A stretch of DNA of 64,000 bases from positions 10,859 through 74,858 of the forward strand of contig JBMTJI010000006.1 of assembly GCA_049438185.1 (NCBI GenBank), written 5' to 3'. Under the pieces are notes generated by a model. It was not told the origin of the DNA. It made no database searches and saw only the letters and a list, made by a program, of their open reading frames with translations. Positions 9,427 to 18,452 of this stretch are shown here, in pieces (the stretch's first letter is position 1; each line of letters begins with the position of its first letter). Origin of the DNA: Candidatus Poseidoniaceae archaeon. Its GTDB lineage: Archaea > Thermoplasmatota > Poseidoniia > Poseidoniales > Poseidoniaceae. The translations under genes were made by a program, and so were the position numbers.

Positions 9427-11589
9427 TCAAATCCTAGTTGTTTGATTCTTTCTGAATACAACCAGCATGGCTAGGGTCATGACAACGATTGTTGACAACA
9501 CCCCAACCCCTGGAGTCGATTCACTCTCTTGTTTTGTTTGATGCTCTTCAATAGGGACGGTTTTGACCGCTTCTGTATAGACCCCATCCAAACACGTACC
9601 GTCACCAACGATTAATTCCGATTGATTAGAGGATAACACAACGGCCGTACTCGGATCGGAATTCAAATCCTCTTTCTCGTATAATGTAGTCTCAATGGAA
9701 TAACATCCACGGTTCATAGACAGCATCAAATCGTATTGTTCACCACTCGATTGAATGTCTTCCCACCACCATATTCCATTCCATTCACCACTACTGATGT
9801 TCTTGGCAACGATAATGGCAGTGTAGACCGTACCTTGGGCAAGATCCTTCACTTCGGATTGGTACGCATACGTCCATGATGCATCCAAATCATCAGGTGT
9901 GTTTGTAGGGCGGAGATGGTTCAATTGAATCTCTTCATCAACGTCGATAACAGGCGGATTGTATTCTCTCCATAACCAAACCATGTTGCTTTCATGGCGA
10001 CGAGTGTCCTCTCCAACGAGGACACTACCATCATCAAGGACAACGAGATTATCTGGTCCAGCAAGGTTGTTCATGTCACATTGGTATTGATTTGAGGAGA
10101 TGTATGGTCCTCCGATGATGGCGGGGTGAATCCTGTTAACATTCCACAATTCGTTCATCGTCATCTGGTAGACGATCCCGCAAAGGTTGTCTGAAACATC
10201 GATATCACCTTGTCCGTCGGTCATTGCATTGTCGATACTGGACATGGCGAGGTAAAGATTGTCCGGAGCGTTTTGATTAAAACCGACCCCTTCCATTTTG
10301 TTCCACTCATCAGTAGCTCCTATTGCTGCAGCCGCTTTACGGGTTTCAAGGAAAGCTACACGGTCATCCAAGGCATAACCAATGGTCCCATCGTTGTTCA
10401 AATCTTGATTTAGATAATCCTCTGCCCAATTGTTGATTTCTTCATCGGTAATGTACGAGTTTTCTCCTTGAATATAATCAGCAGTTGTTATGCCGTCATA
10501 ATCATCAATCCAACCTTGGATTTCATCGTTTGATGAAGATCCAAGTTCCAGCCATTCGACGTCAAACCCAGTTGAAGCAGAATTGTATGTGGAATCTTGT
10601 GTAACTTTTGCAGAATAAAGCGTACCTTCACTCAAATCACCTGCTGTATCTGCCTCGAATTTGAAGAAGACCGTTTCATAGCCATCATCGGTCAGATAGA
10701 CCGTCTTGTTATCGGGCATGACCAAAGCATTCTCATGTGAAAAACGACCCATAGTAAGGTGTCGTATCAGTTCAGGCGTTGTCGATGTTGCCTGTTCCAT
10801 CTCGATGATGTAACCATAATCGTATGGATTTGGATAATGCCCAAGATACTGCTCAAGGCGTAGTTGGTCTGAGTGATATCGATATCCATCGTTGTTCCAA
10901 TCCTCTGTATCATCAAAGTACAATTCTTCAGAGAACAATGGGGTACTCCAAGGGCTGACACTTCCAAAACAAAGAACCCAAGCTCCATTGATGTCTGAAA
11001 GATTCAACATTTGCTTTGAGAGAACATCCCATTCGCTTGATGATGGATTCCATTCGAGTTCGACTTGGCTGATACCCGCTGGACGATCCTCCCACGCAGT
11101 GTAGAGATATCCGGTGGTTCCATCGGAATTCGTTGGAATAAATGCATTGTAATCGGGTTTTTGACTCAACAAAATCTGTTGGCCGTCGTGTGCTGAGTAA
11201 ATTCCTCCAGCGATTGTACCGTCATCCATTGAATCTCCTGCTTGCAGGAGAACCTGGTAGTCGCCATAACCGGTTCGAATACCATGCCAAATGTCTGAGG
11301 CACTGCTCGATGATGAAAGCGAGGGAACTTCTTCAGGAAGGTTATTCCAGTCCACACCATTGATCACGCCAATTGTGGCATCATAATTGTCCGGATCAGG
11401 ATGCATTGCGTTCACAAAGAAGCGCCCGTTTTCATCGACATACATACCGGTTGCTTCTGCTTCAGGAGGGAGCATAACGATACGAATCATCTGATCTTCC
11501 TCTTCACTTTCTGCGACAACAAGGGGTGAAGAGAACAAACAGACCATCATGCCGACACAAAACAAGGTGAGTAGAGGTCGCATTCGCAT
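9427..11589 (-). CDS. Secreted PhoX-like (COG3211/DUF839) putative phosphatase with C-terminal TM anchor
   Basis: N-terminal signal peptide (MRMRPLLTLFCVGMMVCLFSSPLVVAES). Beta-propeller-like repeats. AGPDNLVVLDDGSVLVGEDT resembles the PhoX C-terminal motif. The extreme C-terminus is ESESTPGVGVLSTIVVMTLAMLVVFRKNQTTRI (sorting-signal-like). Confidence 0.45.
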   Translation of the reverse strand: MRMRPLLTLFCVGMMVCLFSSPLVVAESEEEDQMIRIVMLPPEAEATGMYVDENGRFFVNAMHPDPDNYDATIGVINGVDWNNLPEEVPSLSSSSSASDIWHGIRTGYGDYQVLLQAGDSMDDGTIAGGIYSAHDGQQILLSQKPDYNAFIPTNSDGTTGYLYTAWEDRPAGISQVELEWNPSSSEWDVLSKQMLNLSDINGAWVLCFGSVSPWSTPLFSEELYFDDTEDWNNDGYRYHSDQLRLEQYLGHYPNPYDYGYIIEMEQATSTTPELIRHLTMGRFSHENALVMPDNKTVYLTDDGYETVFFKFEADTAGDLSEGTLYSAKVTQDSTYNSASTGFDVEWLELGSSSNDEIQGWIDDYDGITTADYIQGENSYITDEEINNWAEDYLNQDLNNDGTIGYALDDRVAFLETRKAAAAIGATDEWNKMEGVGFNQNAPDNLYLAMSSIDNAMTDGQGDIDVSDNLCGIVYQMTMNELWNVNRIHPAIIGGPYISSNQYQCDMNNLAGPDNLVVLDDGSVLVGEDTRRHESNMVWLWREYNPPVIDVDEEIQLNHLRPTNTPDDLDASWTYAYQSEVKDLAQGTVYTAIIVAKNISSGEWNGIWWWEDIQSSGEQYDLMLSMNRGCYSIETTLYEKEDLNSDPSTAVVLSSNQSELIVGDGTCLDGVYTEAVKTVPIEEHQTKQESESTPGVGVLSTIVVMTLAMLVVFRKNQTTRI

Positions 11590-11658
11590 GTTGACAACTC
11601 GAACAGGCCTTGCAAAAAGATTCCCTTTCGACCCTTAGATTGGCGAGAGATTTTCGCT

Positions 11659-12366
11659 CTAGTCATGAATCCATTTTTGAACAAGGAATGGGAGAACCTC
11701 TCCTGCCTTCCCCTGAATAAATTCATCAAAAAAGTACACGTTCTCGGGTGGATCGAGATTGACGCCAATGGTATGGGCTCCATGATTTCGTGCCATATGA
11801 AGAAAATTCGCTGCAGGATAGACATTCCCACTTGTTCCAATCGCCACGAACACATCACATTCCGAGAGCGCCTTTTCAATTTCTGGCATCTGCATAGGCA
11901 TCTCATTGAACCAAACGATGTGGGGGCGCAAACGTCCATCACACTGCCTACAATAGAGGAATGCGTCCAAGAGATGTTGGTCCTCCATCAGCGTCTCAAC
12001 AAGCTGACAATCTTCACAACGAAGTTTTGCAAGTTCTCCATGCATGTGAATGAGATTCTTTGAACCAGCACGTTCGTGTAGATCATCCACATTTTGCGTG
12101 ACTAAAAGGAAGTTTTCCAAGTGGTTTTCCAGTTCTTCGAGTGCCAAATGCCCTTGATTTGGTTCAACGTTCAATAGTTGCCGACGTCGTTGCTGATAAA
12201 AATTCCAAACGAGTTCTGGATTCGCTCTCCAACCTTCTGGTGTTGCAACCTCTTCGATTCGATGGTTCTCCCACAATCCGTCCGAATCTCGAAATGTTCG
12301 AATCCCTGACTCGGCACTGATTCCAGCACCAGTCAAGATCACAACTCTGGATTGTTTCGTAATCAT
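11659..12366 (-). CDS. cobB: NAD-dependent protein deacylase, Sir2/CobB family
   Basis: VVILTGAGISAESGIRTFRDSDGLWENH, Zn tetrad CEDC...CRQCDG, HxxGEL region present. Start set at the internal Met (MITKQSRVV). The longer ORF would overlap the upstream gene by 265 nt. Confidence 0.8.
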   Translation of the reverse strand: MITKQSRVVILTGAGISAESGIRTFRDSDGLWENHRIEEVATPEGWRANPELVWNFYQQRRRQLLNVEPNQGHLALEELENHLENFLLVTQNVDDLHERAGSKNLIHMHGELAKLRCEDCQLVETLMEDQHLLDAFLYCRQCDGRLRPHIVWFNEMPMQMPEIEKALSECDVFVAIGTSGNVYPAANFLHMARNHGAHTIGVNLDPPENVYFFDEFIQGKAGEVLPFLVQKWIHD

Positions 12367-12373
12367 GCTATCA

Positions 12374-13078
12374 TCAGTCTGATTTTTTGTGTTCAAATGA
12401 AAAACCATCAAAATCAGTTTGATACACAGGGACTGCGTCAGGATCTTCATCAAAAGCCGGAGGAATGTTCTGCGATTGTTGGGCTTGAGACTGTGCAACA
12501 TTATGTTGCTGATTTGGTTGTTCTGTGGAAGGCGGGATGTATTGCTGGATTGTCGTTTGGTTGGGTTGATAGATGGTTCCATCAGGTTGCTGGAACACCA
12601 CCATTTGTGGAGCCTTTCGCCCAATTGAGAATCCAACAATCAAAAGAATAATTCCCAAGAGGCAACAAAACCCTCCACCACAGAATGCAAATACTGGGCC
12701 GAAGAGGTCATCTGCATCAACGATGACTACATCTCCATCCGCCACGATGTTGTAACTACCAGACACATAGACCTCGATATCCCCGACGTAAGTGTAGCCA
12801 TTAACATCACTCGACTCATCGCAATACGGAATGAAGTATTCATACACGTCATCGGTTACTGAAACGGAATAACTGTAGCAATCGACCTCGCCTTTTGCAT
12901 AGACTTCAAGCCAGCTCGATGAACCATCGAAATTGAAGACCGTACCGTCGGTTTCCGTATCATGCAGAATGTTATCGCTGTTAGGCTCGTACGAATCCAT
13001 CACGACAAGTGAGTAGCCCAAACTGAACAGGGACACCAGCGTTAGTACTCCACCAAAAATGGCTAGCCCTTTGTTCAT
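12374..13078 (-). CDS. Bitopic/bi-helical membrane protein with Cys-containing ectodomain and Q/P-rich tail (hypothetical)
   Basis: N-terminal signal-anchor helix, acidic ~130-aa domain with 4 Cys, second TM (CGGGFCCLLGIILLIVGFSIG), Gln/Pro-rich C-terminal tail. 9-nt gap to the upstream actin-like gene. Confidence 0.45.
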   Translation of the reverse strand: MNKGLAIFGGVLTLVSLFSLGYSLVVMDSYEPNSDNILHDTETDGTVFNFDGSSSWLEVYAKGEVDCYSYSVSVTDDVYEYFIPYCDESSDVNGYTYVGDIEVYVSGSYNIVADGDVVIVDADDLFGPVFAFCGGGFCCLLGIILLIVGFSIGRKAPQMVVFQQPDGTIYQPNQTTIQQYIPPSTEQPNQQHNVAQSQAQQSQNIPPAFDEDPDAVPVYQTDFDGFSFEHKKSD

Positions 13079-13087
13079 TTGAACAAC

Positions 13088-14113
13088 TCAGCGAGATGCA
13101 AGGGTAAGGTTCTTCCACATGTCTTCTGGAACTTCCATAGCCAAGCGAAGACCACCCATTGCACCGAGTCGAACAGGGTCATCAACAACGTGAACGTTAA
13201 CATCGCCCATATCAGAGAGTCGACGCTCGATAAGTGCTCCAAGTCCACGGATACCGGATCCGCCACCAGCGAGAACCATGTTTCGTCGGAACTGGTCGTG
13301 GTACTCTGGGTTGGAGTCTGCAATAAGCTGCTTCACATTCTCAACGATTGGATCAACAATCGACTCACAAGCTCGCTGAATGCAATCCGTGATATCGAGA
13401 TTCATTGCCTTACCTTCAATCGAGAAGTCAACCATAACTGGGTCATCCGGAGTGGATGTGGAGACGAAGGAGTACTGTTCCTTCCATCGTCGAGCCATGT
13501 CTTTGGTGATTTGAGCACCGTTGTACTTGGATTGAACTTCTTTGATGATTTGAGCATCAACATAGTCACCAGCGTATCCAGTGTGCATTTGGTCACCTGG
13601 ACCAGGGATTGTACCGTAAACACGGCAAAGATCCGTAGTTCCTGCACCGATGTCGATGACCAGTGTGTGCTCGATCATGTCAAGAGCGTAAGCAACAGCA
13701 AACGGCTCAGAGATAATCATAGCAGCATTAACGCTTCCTGCAGCGGCATCGAAGATAGCGGTCTTGTCGACGTGGCTGGCTTCTGCAGGTGCGCCGATAA
13801 CGGCGACAACACGGTCGTGTTCTTCTGGGTCTGCTAGACCAATCAGGTGGGTAATGAAGTGAGCGATGAATTGGCGGTCTTCAACAGTATCCTTGATGAC
13901 ACCGAGTTCGAGAGGACGGAAAAGGTTCAGTGCTAGCCTGTTCTTCAACGCATCCTCGCCGAAGAGAACATCTCGCTTGAGGAAGTTACGAGCAATTGGA
14001 TCCTTTGGAGTACCAATCACAGTGAGCTCTTCTTCTTCGTGGTTCCCTGAGGAGACCATTACCGAACGAAACGTTCCCAAATCAATTCCAATATACAATA
14101 CATCTTCTGCCAT
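13088..14113 (-). CDS. Actin-fold ATPase, MreB/Ta0583-like archaeal actin homologue
   Basis: Phosphate-1 YIGIDLGT, phosphate-2 LVIDIGAGTTD, adenosine motif MVLAGGGSGIRGL. 341 aa. Not eukaryote-like (Asgard-type) actin. Confidence 0.7.
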   Translation of the reverse strand: MAEDVLYIGIDLGTFRSVMVSSGNHEEEELTVIGTPKDPIARNFLKRDVLFGEDALKNRLALNLFRPLELGVIKDTVEDRQFIAHFITHLIGLADPEEHDRVVAVIGAPAEASHVDKTAIFDAAAGSVNAAMIISEPFAVAYALDMIEHTLVIDIGAGTTDLCRVYGTIPGPGDQMHTGYAGDYVDAQIIKEVQSKYNGAQITKDMARRWKEQYSFVSTSTPDDPVMVDFSIEGKAMNLDITDCIQRACESIVDPIVENVKQLIADSNPEYHDQFRRNMVLAGGGSGIRGLGALIERRLSDMGDVNVHVVDDPVRLGAMGGLRLAMEVPEDMWKNLTLASR

Positions 14114-14221
14114 AGCGTTCGCCAGTTCTACGGAACACCGTCCACTTTATGAAGCATCCCTCGCTCACGTTCGCCATTTTTTGTTGAAAATATACAACAA
14201 ATAAATTCTATAGAACATCAA

Positions 14222-15238
14222 TTAAAGCCAACTTTCACAAGGTTGACAATACCAAGCCGAGTACTCAGGATAGAGTTCTGCCATCTGGTTGCAATTTGGA
14301 CATTCCTTGAGTGCATTACCCCCGAAGATTTCCTGAACGAGCGCAACATGCTGTTCTTCAGTGACCCCCAATTGTTGGCGCATAACCCACATCATCTGAT
14401 CTTCGCTTGGCGAAATGATACCATCTTCGAGAACCAGAGCGATGACGTTGCGGTAATCATCCAACACATTCACATCTCGGAAGTCGAGTATAACACCACC
14501 CTTCTCTGCGACAATATCTTGGCCGCCTGGATCGTCAACAAACAGAACAAGCGATTCGGGTTTCAACTTATCATCTCGTAATTCGAACGAAATTCGATTT
14601 CCTTCGAGATTGGCATAGACAAGTCGCGATGAGCGGTTGATGACACTGGTAATCGAGCGTGCCGTATCTTCGCTATTGCGACCGCGTTTCCATCCTGTCG
14701 GGCTTCGCTCATTGTAGGCATAGAACTCGGTACCAATACCTGGATATTCAAGACGAATTTCTTCACCACCATCGAAACCATTTGAGACAATGGTCAGTGC
14801 AGCAACTTCGGTTGAAACGAGGTTATCGTCGTCATCAAAACTAATCATGAGTGGCTTTCGATCTTCAGAAGCTGCGTTGAAATGTCCTTGCATCCCACTC
14901 ATCCACTTATCTTCCAATCGCTTGAGTGATTGTTCTTGTTCTTCGGAAAGGTTTGAATTAACTCCTAAGACGCCTTTGAGGTCGCCACGTTCCATTTCTG
15001 CCTTGAATTCTTGAATTAATTCAGAATCACGTCGATGGTTTGGAGGAGGGCCTCTGACCTTTCGAGAAACATGGGATGGATCCGCCCACTCGTAAGAACA
15101 ACGGCTGCAAGAAAGATAACCTTCCATTGTGGACGGCTGACTTTCTCCACCGCATCGAGCGCAATCTCCTTCTTCTTTGATCGAAAGATTGTCAGCCGCC
15201 TCTTTCCTTCCTTTCCGAATGCCACCAAACCCAGCCAT
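14222..15238 (-). CDS. Hypothetical protein with N- and C-terminal zinc ribbons
   Basis: CARCGG...CSRCSYEW near the N-terminus and CPNCNQMAELYPEYSAWYCQPCESWL at the C-terminus. Acidic central domain. Same strand as, and immediately upstream of, the actin homologue. Confidence 0.5.
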   Translation of the reverse strand: MAGFGGIRKGRKEAADNLSIKEEGDCARCGGESQPSTMEGYLSCSRCSYEWADPSHVSRKVRGPPPNHRRDSELIQEFKAEMERGDLKGVLGVNSNLSEEQEQSLKRLEDKWMSGMQGHFNAASEDRKPLMISFDDDDNLVSTEVAALTIVSNGFDGGEEIRLEYPGIGTEFYAYNERSPTGWKRGRNSEDTARSITSVINRSSRLVYANLEGNRISFELRDDKLKPESLVLFVDDPGGQDIVAEKGGVILDFRDVNVLDDYRNVIALVLEDGIISPSEDQMMWVMRQQLGVTEEQHVALVQEIFGGNALKECPNCNQMAELYPEYSAWYCQPCESWL

Positions 15239-15285
15239 GGATTTGCCACAATACAGACTTTCTATGAAGGCTTCTATCCGAAACT

Positions 15286-16092
15286 TTAGGATTTTGAGAG
15301 TACGGCTTTCAGACCATAATGCATCATGCCATCCTGACCGTAGAGCCTTCTGAACACAAAATCCACACGTTCATCGATCTCCAGTTTTCCTGATTCGTCA
15401 TCTGCCATCATAAAGACACCCTTAGGACCTTCATCAAATTCGACAAGCACGGTCGCAACACCATCCAAAATTGGTGCTCGGTTTGAAAATTCGGAAGGTG
15501 CACCAGCGGCACTGAGACGCGTCCACGTGAGAATTGTAGCCGTTTCAGTCAGTTGCATCCCTTCGGTATCGATACGCTGCCCCATAGCATTGAGTTGCCG
15601 TGGAGGCCAAAGCATTCGCTCACCATCAATTTGGGCTTTCAAACCCAGTCGTGATGGAACCGAGATCGTGTGCTGCGCTTGGGAAACGTAAGCTCCTTGA
15701 CTGACACCTTCAACCTCAATTCTCCATTGATCGTTGAGTTCCGATTGCATGGTTTTGTCGTATTCTTGTGTTTCAAATTTAGGCCAATGTGGCACATCTT
15801 TTGATGGACTAACTGCGACACAGAATGCTTCCTTGTCAGTATGTAAGTACATGCCTGCATTCTCGTCAACAATCCAAGAGGTACTTGCCTCGATGATCGC
15901 TTGCACACTCACGCTTGGCGGATATTCGAGATGCTCCTCGAAACCATTCAGATTGATGGATTCTGCTGGTATCTCCTTCAACAGGGCAATGAGAACAGTC
16001 AATCTGTCGCCGTCTGGTCCCGCCCAGTTTGGACCGTATTGGCTACAAGCCATGTGTTGACTGCCATTGGAAATGATTTGAATTGGCATCAT
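15286..16092 (-). CDS. DUF35-like OB-fold protein (thiolase/HMGCS-associated scaffold family) with N-terminal extension and no Zn ribbon
   Basis: C-terminal GMQLTETATILTWTRLS...PILDGVATVLVEFDEGPKGVFMMADDE...VDFVFRRL resembles the DUF35 OB-fold. The Met at 16092 gives an ATGA start/stop overlap with the thiolase gene. No CxxC pairs. Confidence 0.5.
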   Translation of the reverse strand: MMPIQIISNGSQHMACSQYGPNWAGPDGDRLTVLIALLKEIPAESINLNGFEEHLEYPPSVSVQAIIEASTSWIVDENAGMYLHTDKEAFCVAVSPSKDVPHWPKFETQEYDKTMQSELNDQWRIEVEGVSQGAYVSQAQHTISVPSRLGLKAQIDGERMLWPPRQLNAMGQRIDTEGMQLTETATILTWTRLSAAGAPSEFSNRAPILDGVATVLVEFDEGPKGVFMMADDESGKLEIDERVDFVFRRLYGQDGMMHYGLKAVLSKS

Positions 16093-17258
16093 CTCTCTCT
16101 CCCGAAAACGTGGACTGCGCATGTCGCACCCGAACCACCGACATTGTGTGTCAATCCGATTTCTGCGCCACGTACCTGCCTCTCAGGCTCGACTTGGTGT
16201 CGAAGTTGCTTGAACAATTCAACGGCTTGTCCTGTTCCTGTAGCTCCAAGAGGGTGCCCTTTTGATTTGAGTCCTCCACTGGCATTGATGGTGACGCTTC
16301 CTTCATTCCTTCGACCTTCACCTTCTCGAGCGAACGTTCCTCCAAGTCCACGACCTGCGAATCCGAGATCTTCTGTGGCCAACACTTCAGCGATTGTGAA
16401 ACAATCATGAACTTCGGCCAGGTCTACATCAGATGCAGAGATGCCCGCCGACTTGTAGGCCTTTGCTGCGGCGGATTGCGTCGCTCTCAGTTGCGTGATG
16501 CTTGGCCTGTCATGGAGAGCCAAATGGTCGGAACCCGCACCAGATCCTTTGACCCAAACAGGTGTATCGGTGAACTTGTGTGCTAAGTGATCCGCAACCA
16601 GAATTACAGCAGATGCTCCATCGGACGTTGGGCAGCAGTCATAGAGCGTGAGTGGGTCTGCAACCATAAATCCTGATTGGGCTTTCTCAAACGAGACTTG
16701 TTTCCGAAGATGGGCAACTTCGTTCTCAAAACCGTGCATGTGGTTCTTAACGGAAACATGCACCAAGTCATCGTGTGTTGAATCAAATTCGTGAAAGTAT
16801 CTACGAGCTGTAAGCGCATAGGTTCCAGGGAAGGTCAAGCCTGCAAGACGTTCCCATTCTGTATCACCCGACACTCCGAGCCAGTAGCGTTTCCTTGAGG
16901 CAGACAAGTCGTTCATTTTCTCAATTCCACCTGCAACCACGACGTCGGCTTGACCACTCTTGATGGCCATCCAAGCGTCTCGTAGAGCAAAACCAGACGA
17001 AGCGCAAGCATTCTCGACACGACGGACGCTTACGCCTTCCATACCGGAATGTTCGGTGAGGAGGGCAGCCGTATTCCCTAACTGCGATCCTCCAAAAGCA
17101 ATGCTTCCAATGAAGGCTTCCTCGACATCGGGTGAATCGAACCCGTTATCGACACTTTGAATGGCCTTCTGGATTGCTTCTGCCCACATTCCTTTCAATC
17201 CGAGAGGATGGTTGCCGAATTTCGTTTGGCCTGCACCGACCATTGCCACATCGACCAT
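16089..17258 (-). CDS. Acetyl-CoA C-acetyltransferase (thiolase)
   Basis: MVDVAMVGAGQTKFG start typical of archaeal thiolases. Active-site regions ENACASSG and GxGxG. C-terminal NVGGSGATCAVHVF. The 105-aa upstream extension of the ORF is rejected. Confidence 0.8.
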   Translation of the reverse strand: MVDVAMVGAGQTKFGNHPLGLKGMWAEAIQKAIQSVDNGFDSPDVEEAFIGSIAFGGSQLGNTAALLTEHSGMEGVSVRRVENACASSGFALRDAWMAIKSGQADVVVAGGIEKMNDLSASRKRYWLGVSGDTEWERLAGLTFPGTYALTARRYFHEFDSTHDDLVHVSVKNHMHGFENEVAHLRKQVSFEKAQSGFMVADPLTLYDCCPTSDGASAVILVADHLAHKFTDTPVWVKGSGAGSDHLALHDRPSITQLRATQSAAAKAYKSAGISASDVDLAEVHDCFTIAEVLATEDLGFAGRGLGGTFAREGEGRRNEGSVTINASGGLKSKGHPLGATGTGQAVELFKQLRHQVEPERQVRGAEIGLTHNVGGSGATCAVHVFGRER

Positions 17259-17342
17259 GTTCTCTCCAGATGAATCAAGCATTTGATAGAGTCGGTCAAA
17301 ACACCCGCAGGGTTCATGAATGGGTGTCGATAGGCCACGAAC

Positions 17343-18032
17343 ATGCTGCGCCAATGTAGAAAGCACGGTCACTTTAGTGGCACCAACTGTCCTGTCTGTA
17401 ACGAGGAAGGAAAATTCATCATGAGCGACCGAGAAGCAGGTAGCCTCGGTCGAATGCTTGCTCTTGTTTTGCGACACGCACCGGAGAAGTTCAATGTTGA
17501 AATGGACATCAACGGATGGGTAAGCACACGAGAACTTGCTGACTCCATTTCTGGTCAGCGACGCCACTATCATTGGCTACGTGGATGGCACTTTGAAGCG
17601 ATTGCCAATGCCGATGAAAAGGGTCGATATCAGGTCGAAGGTGAAATGATTCGAGCCACTTATGGTCATTCCATTGAAATCGAACTTGACTTGCCAACCG
17701 ATGAAATTCCAGAGGCATTGTATTGGCCATGTGAACCAAATGAGGCCGATGCTATCGTTCAACTTGGTATCACCTCAGGTACTCGAAACCACATCCACCT
17801 TTCCAAGACAATCGTTAACGCACTCGAAGCAGGTCACGTTCGAATCGATCGTCCTGCCATTATTGAAGTCGATACCGTACGTGCAGTTGCTGATGGACAC
17901 ACGATCTATCGTGCAGGGAAGACTGTCTTCTTGACGGACGAAGTTCCTCCGGAGTATCTCTATCGCGTCGGCGATGACGATCCGATGATTGTTGATACCG
18001 TTGCACGCTGGACTCGAGAAGAAGAAGAGTGA
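17343..18032 (+). CDS. kptA: RNA 2'-phosphotransferase Tpt1/KptA
   Basis: LGRMLALVLRHAPEKFNVEMDINGWVSTREL matches the Tpt1 N-terminal region. Alternative start at 17421 (MSDREAG) would remove a Cys/His-rich 26-aa leader. Confidence 0.7.
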   Translation: MLRQCRKHGHFSGTNCPVCNEEGKFIMSDREAGSLGRMLALVLRHAPEKFNVEMDINGWVSTRELADSISGQRRHYHWLRGWHFEAIANADEKGRYQVEGEMIRATYGHSIEIELDLPTDEIPEALYWPCEPNEADAIVQLGITSGTRNHIHLSKTIVNALEAGHVRIDRPAIIEVDTVRAVADGHTIYRAGKTVFLTDEVPPEYLYRVGDDDPMIVDTVARWTREEEE

Positions 18033-18389
18033 TCACTTCGTTGCTCCGCAAGCCGGACAGAAGTCGAGATCGTTCTCGAGAAGTTTACCACATGTTGAGC
18101 AGGTAGATGATCCGAGTAGAATCGCTTGTCCTTTCGTAGCAGGTGGAGCAGGACGTTCCTGCTGAACCTTTGGGTCGACCAAGAGAAGTGGGTCAACGCC
18201 TTGATTTTGCAACTCTTTGTATCGGTTTGCGAAGATAATTGCTTCTTGAATGGATGATTCTAGTTGCAACAGGCGAATGTTTCGCTCAGCTTTGTCAGCA
18301 ATCTCATTGGCTGTCTCAACCTCTGTTTGGAGGTGTCGAAGGAAGGAATCCAGGCTTGGGCCTTCATCGCTCATGGCATCCTCAAACAA
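18033..18389 (-). CDS. Coiled-coil protein with C-terminal zinc ribbon (hypothetical)
   Basis: 118 aa. Helical N-terminus. CSTCGKLLENDLDFCPACG at the C-terminus. Confidence 0.35.
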   Translation of the reverse strand: MFEDAMSDEGPSLDSFLRHLQTEVETANEIADKAERNIRLLQLESSIQEAIIFANRYKELQNQGVDPLLLVDPKVQQERPAPPATKGQAILLGSSTCSTCGKLLENDLDFCPACGATK

Positions 18390-18452
18390 CGCAGACTATT
18401 GAATCCTGTGTTTTGTAGGCATACTCATGAAGGTCAGATTCTTGGCCATAGC

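Noticed and set aside
12367-12639. 91-aa N-terminal extension of the Sir2 ORF
   Set aside because: Overlaps the upstream membrane-protein gene by 265 nt. Sirtuin homology starts at the internal Met.
13079-13837. 252-aa plus-strand ORF
   Set aside because: Antisense to the actin-like gene. Cys/Ser-rich nonsense composition.
17259-17573. 105-aa N-terminal extension of the thiolase ORF
   Set aside because: Thiolases start with MxxVxIVGxxxTxFG. The extension would overlap the divergently transcribed tpt1 and has no thiolase similarity.
18264-18452. 63-aa N-terminal extension of the IPK ORF
   Set aside because: Overlaps the convergent Zn-ribbon gene region. Kinase homology starts at MVRRIIIKFGG.
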